DNA of 64,000 nucleotides, taken from a virus. Where the stretch lies: the IMG/VR virus record IMGVR_UViG_3300042807_000094; one strand, written 5' to 3'. Below, piece by piece: positions 35,514 through 45,397 of this stretch; position 1 is the stretch's first letter; every line of letters begins with the position of its first letter. The translations under genes were made by a program, and so were the position numbers. The notes beneath the pieces are model-generated. The model saw nothing but the letters and a program-made list of their open reading frames with translations. It searched no databases and was not told the origin of the DNA.

Positions 35514-38414
35514 TCAGTCTTCGAAAGAAGCTCCGGTTCTGGAGATTACGAAGTCAACTGCGATGAACTCGATAGCTCTTGCTGGCTTTAGGAGGATCTT
35601 AGCGTATAGTACGTTGCGATCTACTAGGTCAGGAGTTGTAGTGGTTTCATCGAGGATAAGTCGGTATTCGGTCAAACCTAGTCTTGCTTGTACAGAAGAT
35701 AGGAATGGCTCAACAGCAGCCTTGAAGCGGTTCCAAGTGACTGTAACGTTTTGATCAAACAGAACGCTGGTAGCAAATCTTGAAACTTGCTTCTTGATGT
35801 AGATCAAGAGTCTGCGAACGTTGATACGGTCTAGGGCAGAAGGTGTAACTTGTAGTGTCTTCTGACCGAAGATAACGATACCTTCAGATGGGAACGAAGC
35901 GATTGGATTGATGTTGTTGGTGTACAAATCGTCGCGTTGCTTGGAGGTTAGCTTCTCAGCAACGTTGACGACAGGCAAGCCACCAGCACCGGCAGATAGG
36001 CCACCGCGGTTGAAACCGGCTGGTGCGAACCATACTTCGCTGACGCGCTCAGAAGAAGCCATTGTACCAAGGGCGACAACTGAAGGTGGAACCCAAACGA
36101 GTGAACCGTTGATGCTATCGCGGATTTGGACCCAAGGGTAGTAAGCGCAAGCGTAAGAGGTGTTTAGTCTGCGGCTGCGGAGGTTTGAGATTGCAGTTGT
36201 GGTAGATCCCAAACGATCCTTGAATGATTGGGTAGACTCGGTTGTTGTTCTGTAACCATCGTCAATATCAAGGATTGTGAAAGCATCACCACGGTTTTCA
36301 CAGGCTGCGATTAGCTTGTTGGTGAGTGAGGTCTGACGAATACCGGGAGCAACAATCAAGTTTGTCTCTAGTTGGTTTGGATCACCAGCAAGATCGATTG
36401 CAACTTCAACTGTATTGACAAGAGCGTTTGACTCACGGACACCAGACAAACGGTTATGTTGGAAAGGTTCTGCTTCTTGGATGTTCAAACCGTCTGAACC
36501 ACCTTGGAAGAGGGTTGTGAAGCGGCTGAAACCAGCGTTTAGAATAGCGGTGTATCCGCCGCTTGTAGCTGTTCTAGAGGTACCAGCAGCGCGTGAACCA
36601 CTCTCGTAGTAAGCCTTGTAGGAGTTAGAAGGAAGGATCACATCGTCCAAAGAGAAGATCCATTGGTATTCAAATGGAGCGGCTGAATCTAGACCTTCTA
36701 GACCAACATTCTGCGAATCAACGGTACCGTACAAACGTAGAGTATCGGGAATACTTGCATCAAAGCGATTTGAGTCAGCAGAGATTGTTGTTCTTGCGCC
36801 AAAGTAAGCCTTGGTGTAATCGGTAATAGAACCATCTGAGGCTGACACTCTCTGTGAGGTTCCAGGGAATAGGATAGATGCTGTAAATGTGCTAGACGCC
36901 GATAGGATACGGGTCGTAGTATCAGCACTCGCCCAAGTACCATAGCTAATGAAAGAAACTACATTGGTAGAGCCGCTATGAAGATTAGTAACTCTCTTTG
37001 GACGTAGAGGGCCATATACACCAAACGGTACAGCAGCGGGGCTGATTAGGGCGGATTCAACTGCTGGATTCATTTCAACACGGATGAAACGTGATTGGTT
37101 ATTGTATTGACCGTATTCTTTATTTACTCTTTGTTGGTAATCGAAACGGCTTACCTTGTCACCAATACGGACACCAATGTAATCTGGTGAAGAAGGATTG
37201 AGATTTAGATTATCAAATCTTTCTAGAACGATTGGTGAAGAATCGTTGTCACGGATACTACGGATAACAACACTAAACTTACCATGTTCTTCTACATCAG
37301 AGTTTGGAGAAATCTGGATATTCTCGATAGAAACTTTAATGTTCTTTTGGGTCCATTCACCAGCGTCTAGACCGTGGAAACGGAATAGCTTGGTCATGGT
37401 TGTGTATGCATAAGAAGCAGTATCGGTGCTGAGATCTTGTGAGAAGAACCAACCTGTCTTACCATCAATGATGTTAGAGTTAGCGCGGAGAGCGTTGCTA
37501 TCGCTGATTCTCATATCGCCGTAAGAGTAACCGCTCGTTAACGAACCAGTGGCAACAGGAGCCAACCAAGCTAGAACATTTGAGTAAGTTCCGGTTAGTT
37601 GAGTTGCAACTTGAGTTTCATAGGATTCACCAAGCCAGTAGACATCTTCATTCTTTGTGAGTGTATTCGATGGAATAATACCATCGTTTGTGAGAACTGG
37701 ATTTGTGTTTAGAACGTTTCTAATAAACTGTGAGCTATCTCTATCGAAGTTGAACTTAAGTTTAACTTGGTTTGTCAAGGAAGAAGTGTCACCGTTGTAA
37801 ACAACCAGTGTCATATCGGTAGCAGCAGTTGAACCAGCAAATCTGGTTACCTCGTTGGTTGAGATGTCGGGTTTGGCATCGTTATCAACGGTACCAGATA
37901 GGAATACACTACCTTTTGTTAGGTATAGTACAGCAGCTAGAGTACCTGTTAAGTGTTGACCGCTTGACTGTGAAGCAGCAACGAATAGACCGAGGGCACC
38001 ACCATTGCTAGCATAAGTCTTTGCAGTTGGGGTTCCACTAGAGTATTTGTAGGTTGTCCAACCAGCGTATCCACCGGCATCGGCGGCATCTGGGTGTGGA
38101 ACGCCTAATAGACGGATGTAGTTGACAGGACCAACATTTGCATTCAAGTAAGCTTGGGCACCATAGACACCATAAGTAGGACCAGCAAAATCAGATGTTC
38201 TGTATTCTGAGTTTACGCCACCAGCGGTTGGCGAACCGAAGAGATCAACGAAATCAGAAAAAGAATCAACCTTAACGGGAGCCATTGCACGACCCTTGGA
38301 AGCGCGACCGATTACGGTTGGACCAACAGCACCGGGAAGCTGTGGAATCTGGGAGTTATCAATCTCATTTAGAAAGATACCCGGTGAGACAAACTTGAAA
38401 CTATTAGCTGGCAT
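35514..38414 (-). CDS. Tail sheath protein (gp18-like)
   Basis: FVSPGIFLNEID, WFAPAGFNRG, LYTNNINPI, GQKTLQ, ALDRINVRRL, PARAIEFI. Confidence 0.95.
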   Translation of the reverse strand: MPANSFKFVSPGIFLNEIDNSQIPQLPGAVGPTVIGRASKGRAMAPVKVDSFSDFVDLFGSPTAGGVNSEYRTSDFAGPTYGVYGAQAYLNANVGPVNYIRLLGVPHPDAADAGGYAGWTTYKYSSGTPTAKTYASNGGALGLFVAASQSSGQHLTGTLAAVLYLTKGSVFLSGTVDNDAKPDISTNEVTRFAGSTAATDMTLVVYNGDTSSLTNQVKLKFNFDRDSSQFIRNVLNTNPVLTNDGIIPSNTLTKNEDVYWLGESYETQVATQLTGTYSNVLAWLAPVATGSLTSGYSYGDMRISDSNALRANSNIIDGKTGWFFSQDLSTDTASYAYTTMTKLFRFHGLDAGEWTQKNIKVSIENIQISPNSDVEEHGKFSVVIRSIRDNDSSPIVLERFDNLNLNPSSPDYIGVRIGDKVSRFDYQQRVNKEYGQYNNQSRFIRVEMNPAVESALISPAAVPFGVYGPLRPKRVTNLHSGSTNVVSFISYGTWASADTTTRILSASSTFTASILFPGTSQRVSASDGSITDYTKAYFGARTTISADSNRFDASIPDTLRLYGTVDSQNVGLEGLDSAAPFEYQWIFSLDDVILPSNSYKAYYESGSRAAGTSRTATSGGYTAILNAGFSRFTTLFQGGSDGLNIQEAEPFQHNRLSGVRESNALVNTVEVAIDLAGDPNQLETNLIVAPGIRQTSLTNKLIAACENRGDAFTILDIDDGYRTTTESTQSFKDRLGSTTTAISNLRSRRLNTSYACAYYPWVQIRDSINGSLVWVPPSVVALGTMASSERVSEVWFAPAGFNRGGLSAGAGGLPVVNVAEKLTSKQRDDLYTNNINPIASFPSEGIVIFGQKTLQVTPSALDRINVRRLLIYIKKQVSRFATSVLFDQNVTVTWNRFKAAVEPFLSSVQARLGLTEYRLILDETTTTPDLVDRNVLYAKILLKPARAIEFIAVDFVISRTGASFED

Positions 38415-38443
38415 AGATTTCTCCTCTATAGAAACTTCATAAA

Positions 38444-38451
38444 TAAATAGT
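38444..38451 (-). promoter_or_regulatory. Putative late promoter motif ACTATTTA
   Basis: 29 nt upstream of sheath ATG. Confidence 0.6.
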
Positions 38452-38469
38452 TAGTTTTTAACCCAAACG

Positions 38470-39402
38470 TCAGCGACGGTAGAAAGAACTCTTGGTATAG
38501 TTGGGCTTTTCATCTAATACTATTTGTTCTTTACCGAACTTGAACTGAACTGCGTTTTCTCTAACTGCTATCTTCGGCCTCTCAGCATTAGAGGATTCTC
38601 CTAATAGATAACCTAATACTTTTATATCTATAGATGTTTTATAGATACGCTCTTCGTCTTGAAATGAAGCAACGTTGAAATCTTGCGAGAAATCACCCTG
38701 TATGAACCCCTCAAACTTATGGCCCTCATGCTTCATAAAGAAAGAGTTGATCTGTCCGGTCCTGACAAAGAATGGTGTGACAAGTTCGTTGATCTGTTGC
38801 TGATACTCAGTTCTGATTGTTATCTTATACATTGCCTCAACATATGTTGGTATTGGCATAGAGAGGGTTTCATAGACCACTTTCTTGCCAACGCCGGGAT
38901 AGTTATCCTGACCGGGACCAATACCAGAGGTCAAAGTAGCTTGAGTTCTGCGCTTATCTGCATTGACAAAGTTGCCTGTCTTGTCTTGGTTAATGCGTCT
39001 AGCAACTTCGATAGCACCGCCTTTGGCGTCATTTACGTTTCCTAGGTGTGCCCATGCAACACCCTTAAATGATGCATCTTTCCTCAGTGATGATCTCTCA
39101 AGCGTCATCATGGGAAAAATCAGTACATCATTACCATCTCTAAGATTTCTGTTATTCTTTATCTGGAATGCTCTTTCACCAGCAACCCAAATAACAGGAA
39201 CTTTTGCAAACCCCTTATTGGTATTTGCATGAAGATTCAAAGCCTCATCCAGATACCTAAACATTGCTGTATCGATTGTCTCGATAGTTGAAGGCATCAA
39301 AGATGTCTCTCTCAGAATGCGATCAGCATTCTCGATACCGGTATAATCGTACTTGTCCGTTGATGGAGGTTCTGGTGGAGATTGTGGTTTTTTAGGTGGC
39401 AT
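38470..39402 (-). CDS. Tail completion / terminator-like protein (gp15-like)
   Basis: IETIDTAM, VPVIW..GER, FPMMTLER, PIPTYV...YKITI; position between neck and sheath. Confidence 0.55.
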   Translation of the reverse strand: MPPKKPQSPPEPPSTDKYDYTGIENADRILRETSLMPSTIETIDTAMFRYLDEALNLHANTNKGFAKVPVIWVAGERAFQIKNNRNLRDGNDVLIFPMMTLERSSLRKDASFKGVAWAHLGNVNDAKGGAIEVARRINQDKTGNFVNADKRRTQATLTSGIGPGQDNYPGVGKKVVYETLSMPIPTYVEAMYKITIRTEYQQQINELVTPFFVRTGQINSFFMKHEGHKFEGFIQGDFSQDFNVASFQDEERIYKTSIDIKVLGYLLGESSNAERPKIAVRENAVQFKFGKEQIVLDEKPNYTKSSFYRR

Positions 39403-39883
39403 CGAATAGACCTCTTCTGGATACCTTGCACTTGGCTGCTACTTCCAAGGATTCGCCTACTTGACCGAAAAGCTGCTTAGGTTCTTCTAACGTCATTATT
39501 TCATAATAAAGACCGTCATATTTTACGAAATCGCCTTCGCGGACAAATATATTTTGGTCTTCTTGGAGTCTACGCTGATGGAAGTGTACAACAATCTCGG
39601 CAGCTTTATCTAGACCAAAACCTTCTGTCTGGACTGTTCCATATGTTGACCACTCTACCAGAGCATAAACCCTAACAGGTGGTAAGAAGTTCTTTACGAT
39701 TGCTTCTCCGTACAAAGGATGATAGTTAGTGGTTCTGATATCAATGGCATAATAAAAAACCTCCTGTCCAATGACTCTTTCCAAAAGTTCGTCATTGACT
39801 TGTTTAACAAGATCTTTTTCCTTACGACCAAGGAATAAAGGAGGTGGTGCGTATTCTGGTTCAACCCATTTGTTCTGAGCCAT
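39392..39883 (-). CDS. Neck / head-closure protein (gp14-like)
   Basis: GQEVFYY, LYGEA..KNF..PVRVYALVE, REGDFV; synteny. Confidence 0.6.
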   Translation of the reverse strand: MAQNKWVEPEYAPPPLFLGRKEKDLVKQVNDELLERVIGQEVFYYAIDIRTTNYHPLYGEAIVKNFLPPVRVYALVEWSTYGTVQTEGFGLDKAAEIVVHFHQRRLQEDQNIFVREGDFVKYDGLYYEIMTLEEPKQLFGQVGESLEVAAKCKVSRRGLFDAT

Positions 39884-39886
39884 TTA

Positions 39887-41218
39887 TCACCCTTGGTAAA
39901 TGAGAAGTGGTATCTTCTCTTGTACTTTTGTAACACTATCCATGAGAGTTGCATTCGTTTCTGCTAGCTTCGTATAAGTTAGCTCGTCAAGTGTTGTCTT
40001 GAGTTCTTCCTTCAACTTCTCCTGTTCTTCTCTAGCCGAAGAGATAAGTTCAGAACCATTCAACTGAACCGAATCGCCGGGAATAGGAATAGCACCAAAC
40101 TTAGATCTAATAAGTCCAAGTGTCTCTTTTACCAAAGCTAAAGCATAACGACGAATCCATTGCTTACCAATAGCGTTAATACTGGAATACGGAATATTAT
40201 CGAATGGCAAAGTATTCATGTTAGAAATGCCTTGTTCTGATCCTTTCTGAGAGCCACTAACCGGCATCCAAGGATCAGTTCCATCGTCAAAGCTAAACTC
40301 AAACCACATGTAGTTAATAATACCTGTTTCCGGCGATGGAAAGACCCGAAGTTTATTATTGAATATCTCATAGGAATAGTGAGATAGTCTGGTATAAATG
40401 TGATCTTCGTAAGCCATAGCTTGTAGTTTGTTCTGCCATGCTGGGATGATTTCAAATGTTGTATCGTCTGCAAACTGACCATAGTAGTTTAAGTTGCCTA
40501 CTACGTTAAGACCACCGTAATAACCATAGAAGCGCCATACAGCAGCAGGAGACTTATAGTAAACACGACGGATGGTGATACGATTGCTAGAAGCACTAGC
40601 ATAAGAAGAAGAATAAGCAACAGGTGTTCCGGTTGCTGGTTCTATGTTGTTTGCAACATTGTTTGCAATAATCTGCTGTAAGTCATAATCTTGGACGCTG
40701 CTTGTTAGCAAGAACGAAGCCTTATAATGCGGAGTTGTGCCGCCAACACCAGCTTCATTGGCCAAGCCAATAGCAACTTGACGAGCATATCCAACTTCAA
40801 ATCGTGGATATCTTAAGTTTATGCCAGCAGCAGCAAGATCTGATTCTTTTAGTTGTCCATCTTCATCGAAAGATCCAGTGGTTTTACCAAGCAAACTTGG
40901 AAGTGCATTCTTCGATTGGTGAAGATTCATAATGTAAGAATATTCTAATACTGCTTCTTCATAAGCCGCATAGACGTTGCCGGGAGTGATTTCTAGATCG
41001 AGAACATCACCACCGAGTTTCTTATAAACGAAAGAAACTTGATCAGAAGCACCTGAAATAAAGTTGACATCATATCGCGGAGAGGATGGATCAGCATAAA
41101 TGCCAAATGGATATAGAGTAATGTTTCCTGCGCCATTACCAGTGGTTGCAGTAGAACCGGTCGAAGTGAGAATAGAAACATTAGTTCTGCTTGGCGGTGA
41201 ATATGAAGGATATGCCAT
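39887..41218 (-). CDS. Neck / head-tail adaptor protein (gp13-like)
   Basis: KKLGGDVLDLEI, WIRRYALALVKETLGLIRSKF..IPIPG...LNG; follows major capsid. Confidence 0.7.
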   Translation of the reverse strand: MAYPSYSPPSRTNVSILTSTGSTATTGNGAGNITLYPFGIYADPSSPRYDVNFISGASDQVSFVYKKLGGDVLDLEITPGNVYAAYEEAVLEYSYIMNLHQSKNALPSLLGKTTGSFDEDGQLKESDLAAAGINLRYPRFEVGYARQVAIGLANEAGVGGTTPHYKASFLLTSSVQDYDLQQIIANNVANNIEPATGTPVAYSSSYASASSNRITIRRVYYKSPAAVWRFYGYYGGLNVVGNLNYYGQFADDTTFEIIPAWQNKLQAMAYEDHIYTRLSHYSYEIFNNKLRVFPSPETGIINYMWFEFSFDDGTDPWMPVSGSQKGSEQGISNMNTLPFDNIPYSSINAIGKQWIRRYALALVKETLGLIRSKFGAIPIPGDSVQLNGSELISSAREEQEKLKEELKTTLDELTYTKLAETNATLMDSVTKVQEKIPLLIYQG

Positions 41219-41237
41219 TTGTGAACCTCCGCTTCAG

Positions 41238-41288
41238 TAAGTAGTTTAAGGGCAAAGAAAAAGGCCCCGATCCCGAAGGACCGAGGCC
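41238..41288 (-). terminator. Intrinsic terminator after major capsid gene (41254-41288) followed by ACTACTTA motif (41238-41245)
   Basis: GGCCTCGGTCC-TTCG-GGATCGGGGCC-TTTTTCTTT. Confidence 0.85.
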
Positions 41289-41316
41289 AGAGATTAGCTA
41301 TAAGCTAAAAGCTCTA

Positions 41317-43062
41317 TCAGGCTCCACCTTCACCGAGAAGACCACGGACGACAACTAGACCGTACATGTCTGGACGAACCATCTTCTTGGCGTAGCGGGT
41401 CATGACACCCTTGCGAGGTACGAAGTCCTCAGTACCAAAGATGGTAGGAGTGACTTGTAGTGGGACGTAAGGAGCGTAGACGTAGCCGGACTCTAGGAAG
41501 CTACCACCACGACGACCGACCAAAAGGAGGTTGCGTGGGAAGTATGGATCAACGTGAACGTCGAACTTCTTGGAGATTGAACCGACCTTGACTGCGCCGA
41601 TTGAACCACGCTCATCGTCAGCGGTGACGGAGGCACGGAAGCCAGCGGTGAACTCTAGGATGTTGGCAACTTCTGGCGATGTTACGACGAAGTTAGCGCC
41701 ACCACGAAGGGTCTTGCGATGGATTTGAGCCGAAACGTCATTGATTGTTTCGATGAGGGTTTCGTACCACATTGATACGTTACCAGTGAACTCTGGGGCG
41801 GCTGTATTGGCACCAACTTCAACACCAGTGAGGCGGTTGACGAAGAGGCCGGGTGAGCGTGACCAGTAGTATGTACCAGCAGTTGCACCACGGATCAAGT
41901 CCTCAAGGATTTCGCGGTCGATTTCGAGAGCGATTTGCTCAGAGAGGATTGAGGTGAGTTCAACTTCAGCATCGAGGTTGTGGTAAGCGTTGAGATCTTG
42001 TCCCAACTCTGGGGTCCACTTGGCCTTGAGCTTCTTGGTAACGGCTGTGACGGCAACAGAATCAACTTTGATGTCGATTTCTGGAATGTCAGGATTACCT
42101 TCTAGGCCCCAACCGGGAGCAGTAGTTGTACCAACGACTGAACCGAGTGTTGCACCAGCGGTGAAGTTATCCTTAACGGCTGTCTTGAATGAAGTAGCAG
42201 CAGCCAAAGCGGTAGCGATGGTGGAAGCAGCTTCAGTACCAGAAGCAACGGCGGTAAGAAGGATCTTTGTAGGATCGTTTGGATCGATACGGGTCAAACG
42301 ACGAACGAACAAGCCATTTCCTAGAGCAGAAGCTGGTGTTAGAGCGATGAAGTTTGCAACACCACCAACATCAGCGACGGCGCTCAAAGAAGCGGTTGCA
42401 ACAGCGAACTTAGAACCACTGACTAGATCTGCATCATATGCTAGCAAGCTAACAGTATTGTATGCACCACCGACTGCGGCTCCACCAAGGCCGGTGTCAA
42501 CGACTGCTACGCCACCATTGGTGACAGAACCAGAGGCAACGAGGCCGGGAGCTAGGGTAACAGAGGCAGTTGCTGAAGAATAGCCATTGTTAAGAGCGTA
42601 GGGACCAGCTTCTGCTAGTGTACCTGTGAGGATAACACCACCAGTGATTTGGCTGGCTACGCGGCCACCACCGTACAATGAAGCCGAGGCGGCATATCCA
42701 AGACGGGTACCTGTTTCATTCGAAACGGTAAAGTCGAGGAAGAAAATGAGACCTGATGGAAGGCTCATTGGTTGTACTGAAACGAGATCATTGGCCAATA
42801 GGCCAGCGAAAACGCGGCGAACTAGTGGGAACGCAACAGCGGCAAAGCCCTGTACGTCACCAGCAGCCATTGATGTAGACTCCTTGAGGAGTTGCTTAGC
42901 TTGATTTTCTAGAAGACGAGCCATACCAGCACGGGTATGCTCACCGCCGAGTCCTTCAAGAAGACCTGTCTTCTCCCACTTTGAGAGCAGAGCAGCACCT
43001 TCTTTCTGGAGGTCGCGGTTAACGACGCCTTCAGTCAATCTTTCAATAAGATTACGAGACAT
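41317..43062 (-). CDS. Major capsid protein, T4 gp23-like
   Basis: FPLVRRVF, VSVQPMSLPSGLIFF, KLKAKWTPELGQDL, AEVELTSILSEQIALEIDREI, YAPYVPL, GVMTRYA. Confidence 0.97.
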   Translation of the reverse strand: MSRNLIERLTEGVVNRDLQKEGAALLSKWEKTGLLEGLGGEHTRAGMARLLENQAKQLLKESTSMAAGDVQGFAAVAFPLVRRVFAGLLANDLVSVQPMSLPSGLIFFLDFTVSNETGTRLGYAASASLYGGGRVASQITGGVILTGTLAEAGPYALNNGYSSATASVTLAPGLVASGSVTNGGVAVVDTGLGGAAVGGAYNTVSLLAYDADLVSGSKFAVATASLSAVADVGGVANFIALTPASALGNGLFVRRLTRIDPNDPTKILLTAVASGTEAASTIATALAAATSFKTAVKDNFTAGATLGSVVGTTTAPGWGLEGNPDIPEIDIKVDSVAVTAVTKKLKAKWTPELGQDLNAYHNLDAEVELTSILSEQIALEIDREILEDLIRGATAGTYYWSRSPGLFVNRLTGVEVGANTAAPEFTGNVSMWYETLIETINDVSAQIHRKTLRGGANFVVTSPEVANILEFTAGFRASVTADDERGSIGAVKVGSISKKFDVHVDPYFPRNLLLVGRRGGSFLESGYVYAPYVPLQVTPTIFGTEDFVPRKGVMTRYAKKMVRPDMYGLVVVRGLLGEGGA

Positions 43063-43094
43063 ATTTATCACCCCCTTTATTTTTAGGATTTGCT

Positions 43095-44219
43095 TTACTT
43101 AATGCCAGCTAGCTTCTTCCAATAATCGAGTTGACCGGGATCAACCCCCTCATTTAGATTACGCTTGCCGGGAATGGTGTGAGAAGGTCTATTGATAGCT
43201 TCGTGAAGGGACTCAAGTTTCCTGCCGGTAGACGTTGCTCCAGCAGCCGCTGCACTTTGAAGGGTTTCAAAAATAACCTTCGCTTCTGTAATGGTTTGTG
43301 CCTTACGAATAGATTCGACAACCTTTTGTTTTTGTCGCTCATTCAACGAGCCATTCATAAGAACTTCATTTTGGTACAGAAGTTTTGCATTGCTAAGGTT
43401 TACTTCTTCAAGCTTAACCTTCAATGCGGAAACTGTTTCGTTAAGAATGGTATTCTGGGATTCCAATGATTCATTGACCCCAGCTAGTTTCTTCATACCA
43501 TCTTGTAAGTCTTTTAGTTCTTGCTGGCGCTTGGTATCAGCCAAGCGAGCAAGATTGACTTTCTCTTGTTCTTGTCGATCTTTTTCTGGACGACCGGCCC
43601 AACCGCCAGCGTGTTGTCCATCCATAATATCGACAACTAGTTCTTCGATTAAGGAATGAAGAGTACTTTCATCTAGTTCTTGCTCTTCCTCTTCTTCCTG
43701 CTCTTCTTCTTCATCTTCTTCTTCGTTTAAGAAGCGAGCTACCTCTTCCATCAAACCTGACATTTGAGGAGCAGCAGCCTTGGTAACGGAACCAAGATCG
43801 ATTTCAATGCTTTCTGGTTCTTCTTCTTGTGTTTCATGAGAAGCGAGCTTATCATCACCAAGTACTTCGAATGGATCTTTTAGATCTTCTGGAGGAATAT
43901 CTTGATCTTCATAAGCTGAAAGCATTGTACGAAGATCATCCATCGAAACGGTGATAACATCTTCATCGCTACCTGCATCTGGCTCGTTAGCTGTATCCAG
44001 CGTAGCAGCATCGGGAATCTCTTGTGGAATAGCCTCGGGGACAGGAGCAGCGGCCATTGGGTCAACTACGGGCATTTCATCTTGCTCGCTTAGGAATGAA
44101 TCAATGGCTTCTTTTAGTTCGCTGGCGTGCTTCTCAATAACTTGATTTTCTGCAAATCTAAGAGCGGCCTCGCGAAGCTCTTTTGCGTCGATAATGGCTT
44201 GTTCCAAAAGTGATGACAT
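43095..44219 (-). CDS. Prohead core scaffold protein (gp22-like)
   Basis: Acidic coiled coil, NAKLLYQN, ends WKKLAGI; directly before MCP. Confidence 0.7.
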   Translation of the reverse strand: MSSLLEQAIIDAKELREAALRFAENQVIEKHASELKEAIDSFLSEQDEMPVVDPMAAAPVPEAIPQEIPDAATLDTANEPDAGSDEDVITVSMDDLRTMLSAYEDQDIPPEDLKDPFEVLGDDKLASHETQEEEPESIEIDLGSVTKAAAPQMSGLMEEVARFLNEEEDEEEEQEEEEEQELDESTLHSLIEELVVDIMDGQHAGGWAGRPEKDRQEQEKVNLARLADTKRQQELKDLQDGMKKLAGVNESLESQNTILNETVSALKVKLEEVNLSNAKLLYQNEVLMNGSLNERQKQKVVESIRKAQTITEAKVIFETLQSAAAAGATSTGRKLESLHEAINRPSHTIPGKRNLNEGVDPGQLDYWKKLAGIK

Positions 44220-44254
44220 TTAGATACTCCGTTACTAAATAATGAAACTCAAAA

Positions 44255-44262
44255 TAAATAGT
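44255..44262 (-). promoter_or_regulatory. Putative late promoter motif ACTATTTA
   Basis: 35 nt upstream of scaffold ATG. Confidence 0.6.
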
Positions 44263-44283
44263 CTTTAGTTATCCCAAAAACCA

Positions 44284-44508
44284 TCACTTCCGATTCTGAC
44301 GAAGTTTCTTGAGAACCTTTTCTCTACGACGCTCTTTCCTCTTACGCTTATCGGAAGGCTTTTCGTATTCTAGAGAACGGCGATACTCTTCGATGATTCC
44401 GCTTCTCTTCACTTTCTTCATGAACTTTTTGATTGCTGTTGTGATTGATTGACCTTCGCGCACTTCAACAGTAACATGTGCGGGTCGTGAACTATTATAA
44501 CGCTTCAT
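44284..44508 (-). CDS. rpsU: Phage-encoded 30S ribosomal protein bS21
   Basis: VEVREGQSITTAIKKFMKKVKRSGIIEEYRRSLEYEKPSDKRKRK. Confidence 0.9.
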   Translation of the reverse strand: MKRYNSSRPAHVTVEVREGQSITTAIKKFMKKVKRSGIIEEYRRSLEYEKPSDKRKRKERRREKVLKKLRQNRK

Positions 44509-44523
44509 AAATCCTTCTTATTA

Positions 44524-44943
44524 TTATACGTTTGCCGAACCAGACCAGTTTGTGCCTGACGGCGAGTTAGCGGTATTGTTGATTCTTGCTGTTGGAATAT
44601 TAGTAAGACCAGCAATAACATCAACGCTATTTGAACCAGAAATCCAGATTTCTGTTACTTTTACCTCAAAAACACTGGAGTAAGGAACTAGAGCAGTTCC
44701 AGCACCGCCGATTGTTAAGTTCGGAACACTAAAGTATTTGGTTCCTTCAACACCTTGTTGCGAAAACCCGACCTTTAATAGACCGTCACCAACGTTAGCT
44801 ACCTGCACCCATCTTGTTACATAAGGGAATGTAACTTTCGTTGCATTTGTAGCATCGACCCCACCACTAACAAATGGTATACCGGAGACTTGGAAAGAGC
44901 CTACATTGTTAAGGCCAGCACTATAGATGAAAGCTTCAGACAT
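44524..44943 (-). CDS. Hypothetical, probably virion-associated beta-rich protein
   Basis: Head module; ACTACTTA at 44964-44971 lies 20 nt upstream. Confidence 0.65.
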   Translation of the reverse strand: MSEAFIYSAGLNNVGSFQVSGIPFVSGGVDATNATKVTFPYVTRWVQVANVGDGLLKVGFSQQGVEGTKYFSVPNLTIGGAGTALVPYSSVFEVKVTEIWISGSNSVDVIAGLTNIPTARINNTANSPSGTNWSGSANV

Positions 44944-44958
44944 TTATTTATTCCTTAC

Positions 44959-45396
44959 TTATTTAAGTAGTTGCTTCCAAGCGTTACCGCCCATCGCAAC
45001 AATACTAGAAATGTCTATACCGGGATCATTCGGAGCCATGTCGGCTAATGGAGATCCTAATGCGCCCTTTGTAGGCTCAGATGGCAAGTCATTGTGACTA
45101 ACACCCTCAAAGATATCCACACCTCTGAAAGAATCCTTTCCAATAGCATCCAATAACTCTTTCTTTTGTCTCTTGAGTTCTTGGAGCTTTTGTTCCTCTG
45201 ATGGGCCTCTAACCATTGCTGGGATCGCAGCGGTTGGTTTCCTAGCCTCTGTTACGAGATTGCCACTTATACCCTTAGCAACCTCGGATACAACAGTAGA
45301 AAGAAGTCCTTCTTTTATAAGCACTTCTTGAACCGATTCCTTGACCAGTTCTTTTACTATTGGTTTTAATAGCTTCTTTAGTTCTGCCGGATTCAC
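44959..45396 (-). CDS. Hypothetical head-module protein with leader-like N-terminus
   Basis: MNPAELKKLLKPIVKELVKE. Confidence 0.65.
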   Translation of the reverse strand: MNPAELKKLLKPIVKELVKESVQEVLIKEGLLSTVVSEVAKGISGNLVTEARKPTAAIPAMVRGPSEEQKLQELKRQKKELLDAIGKDSFRGVDIFEGVSHNDLPSEPTKGALGSPLADMAPNDPGIDISSIVAMGGNAWKQLLK

Positions 45397-45397
45397 A

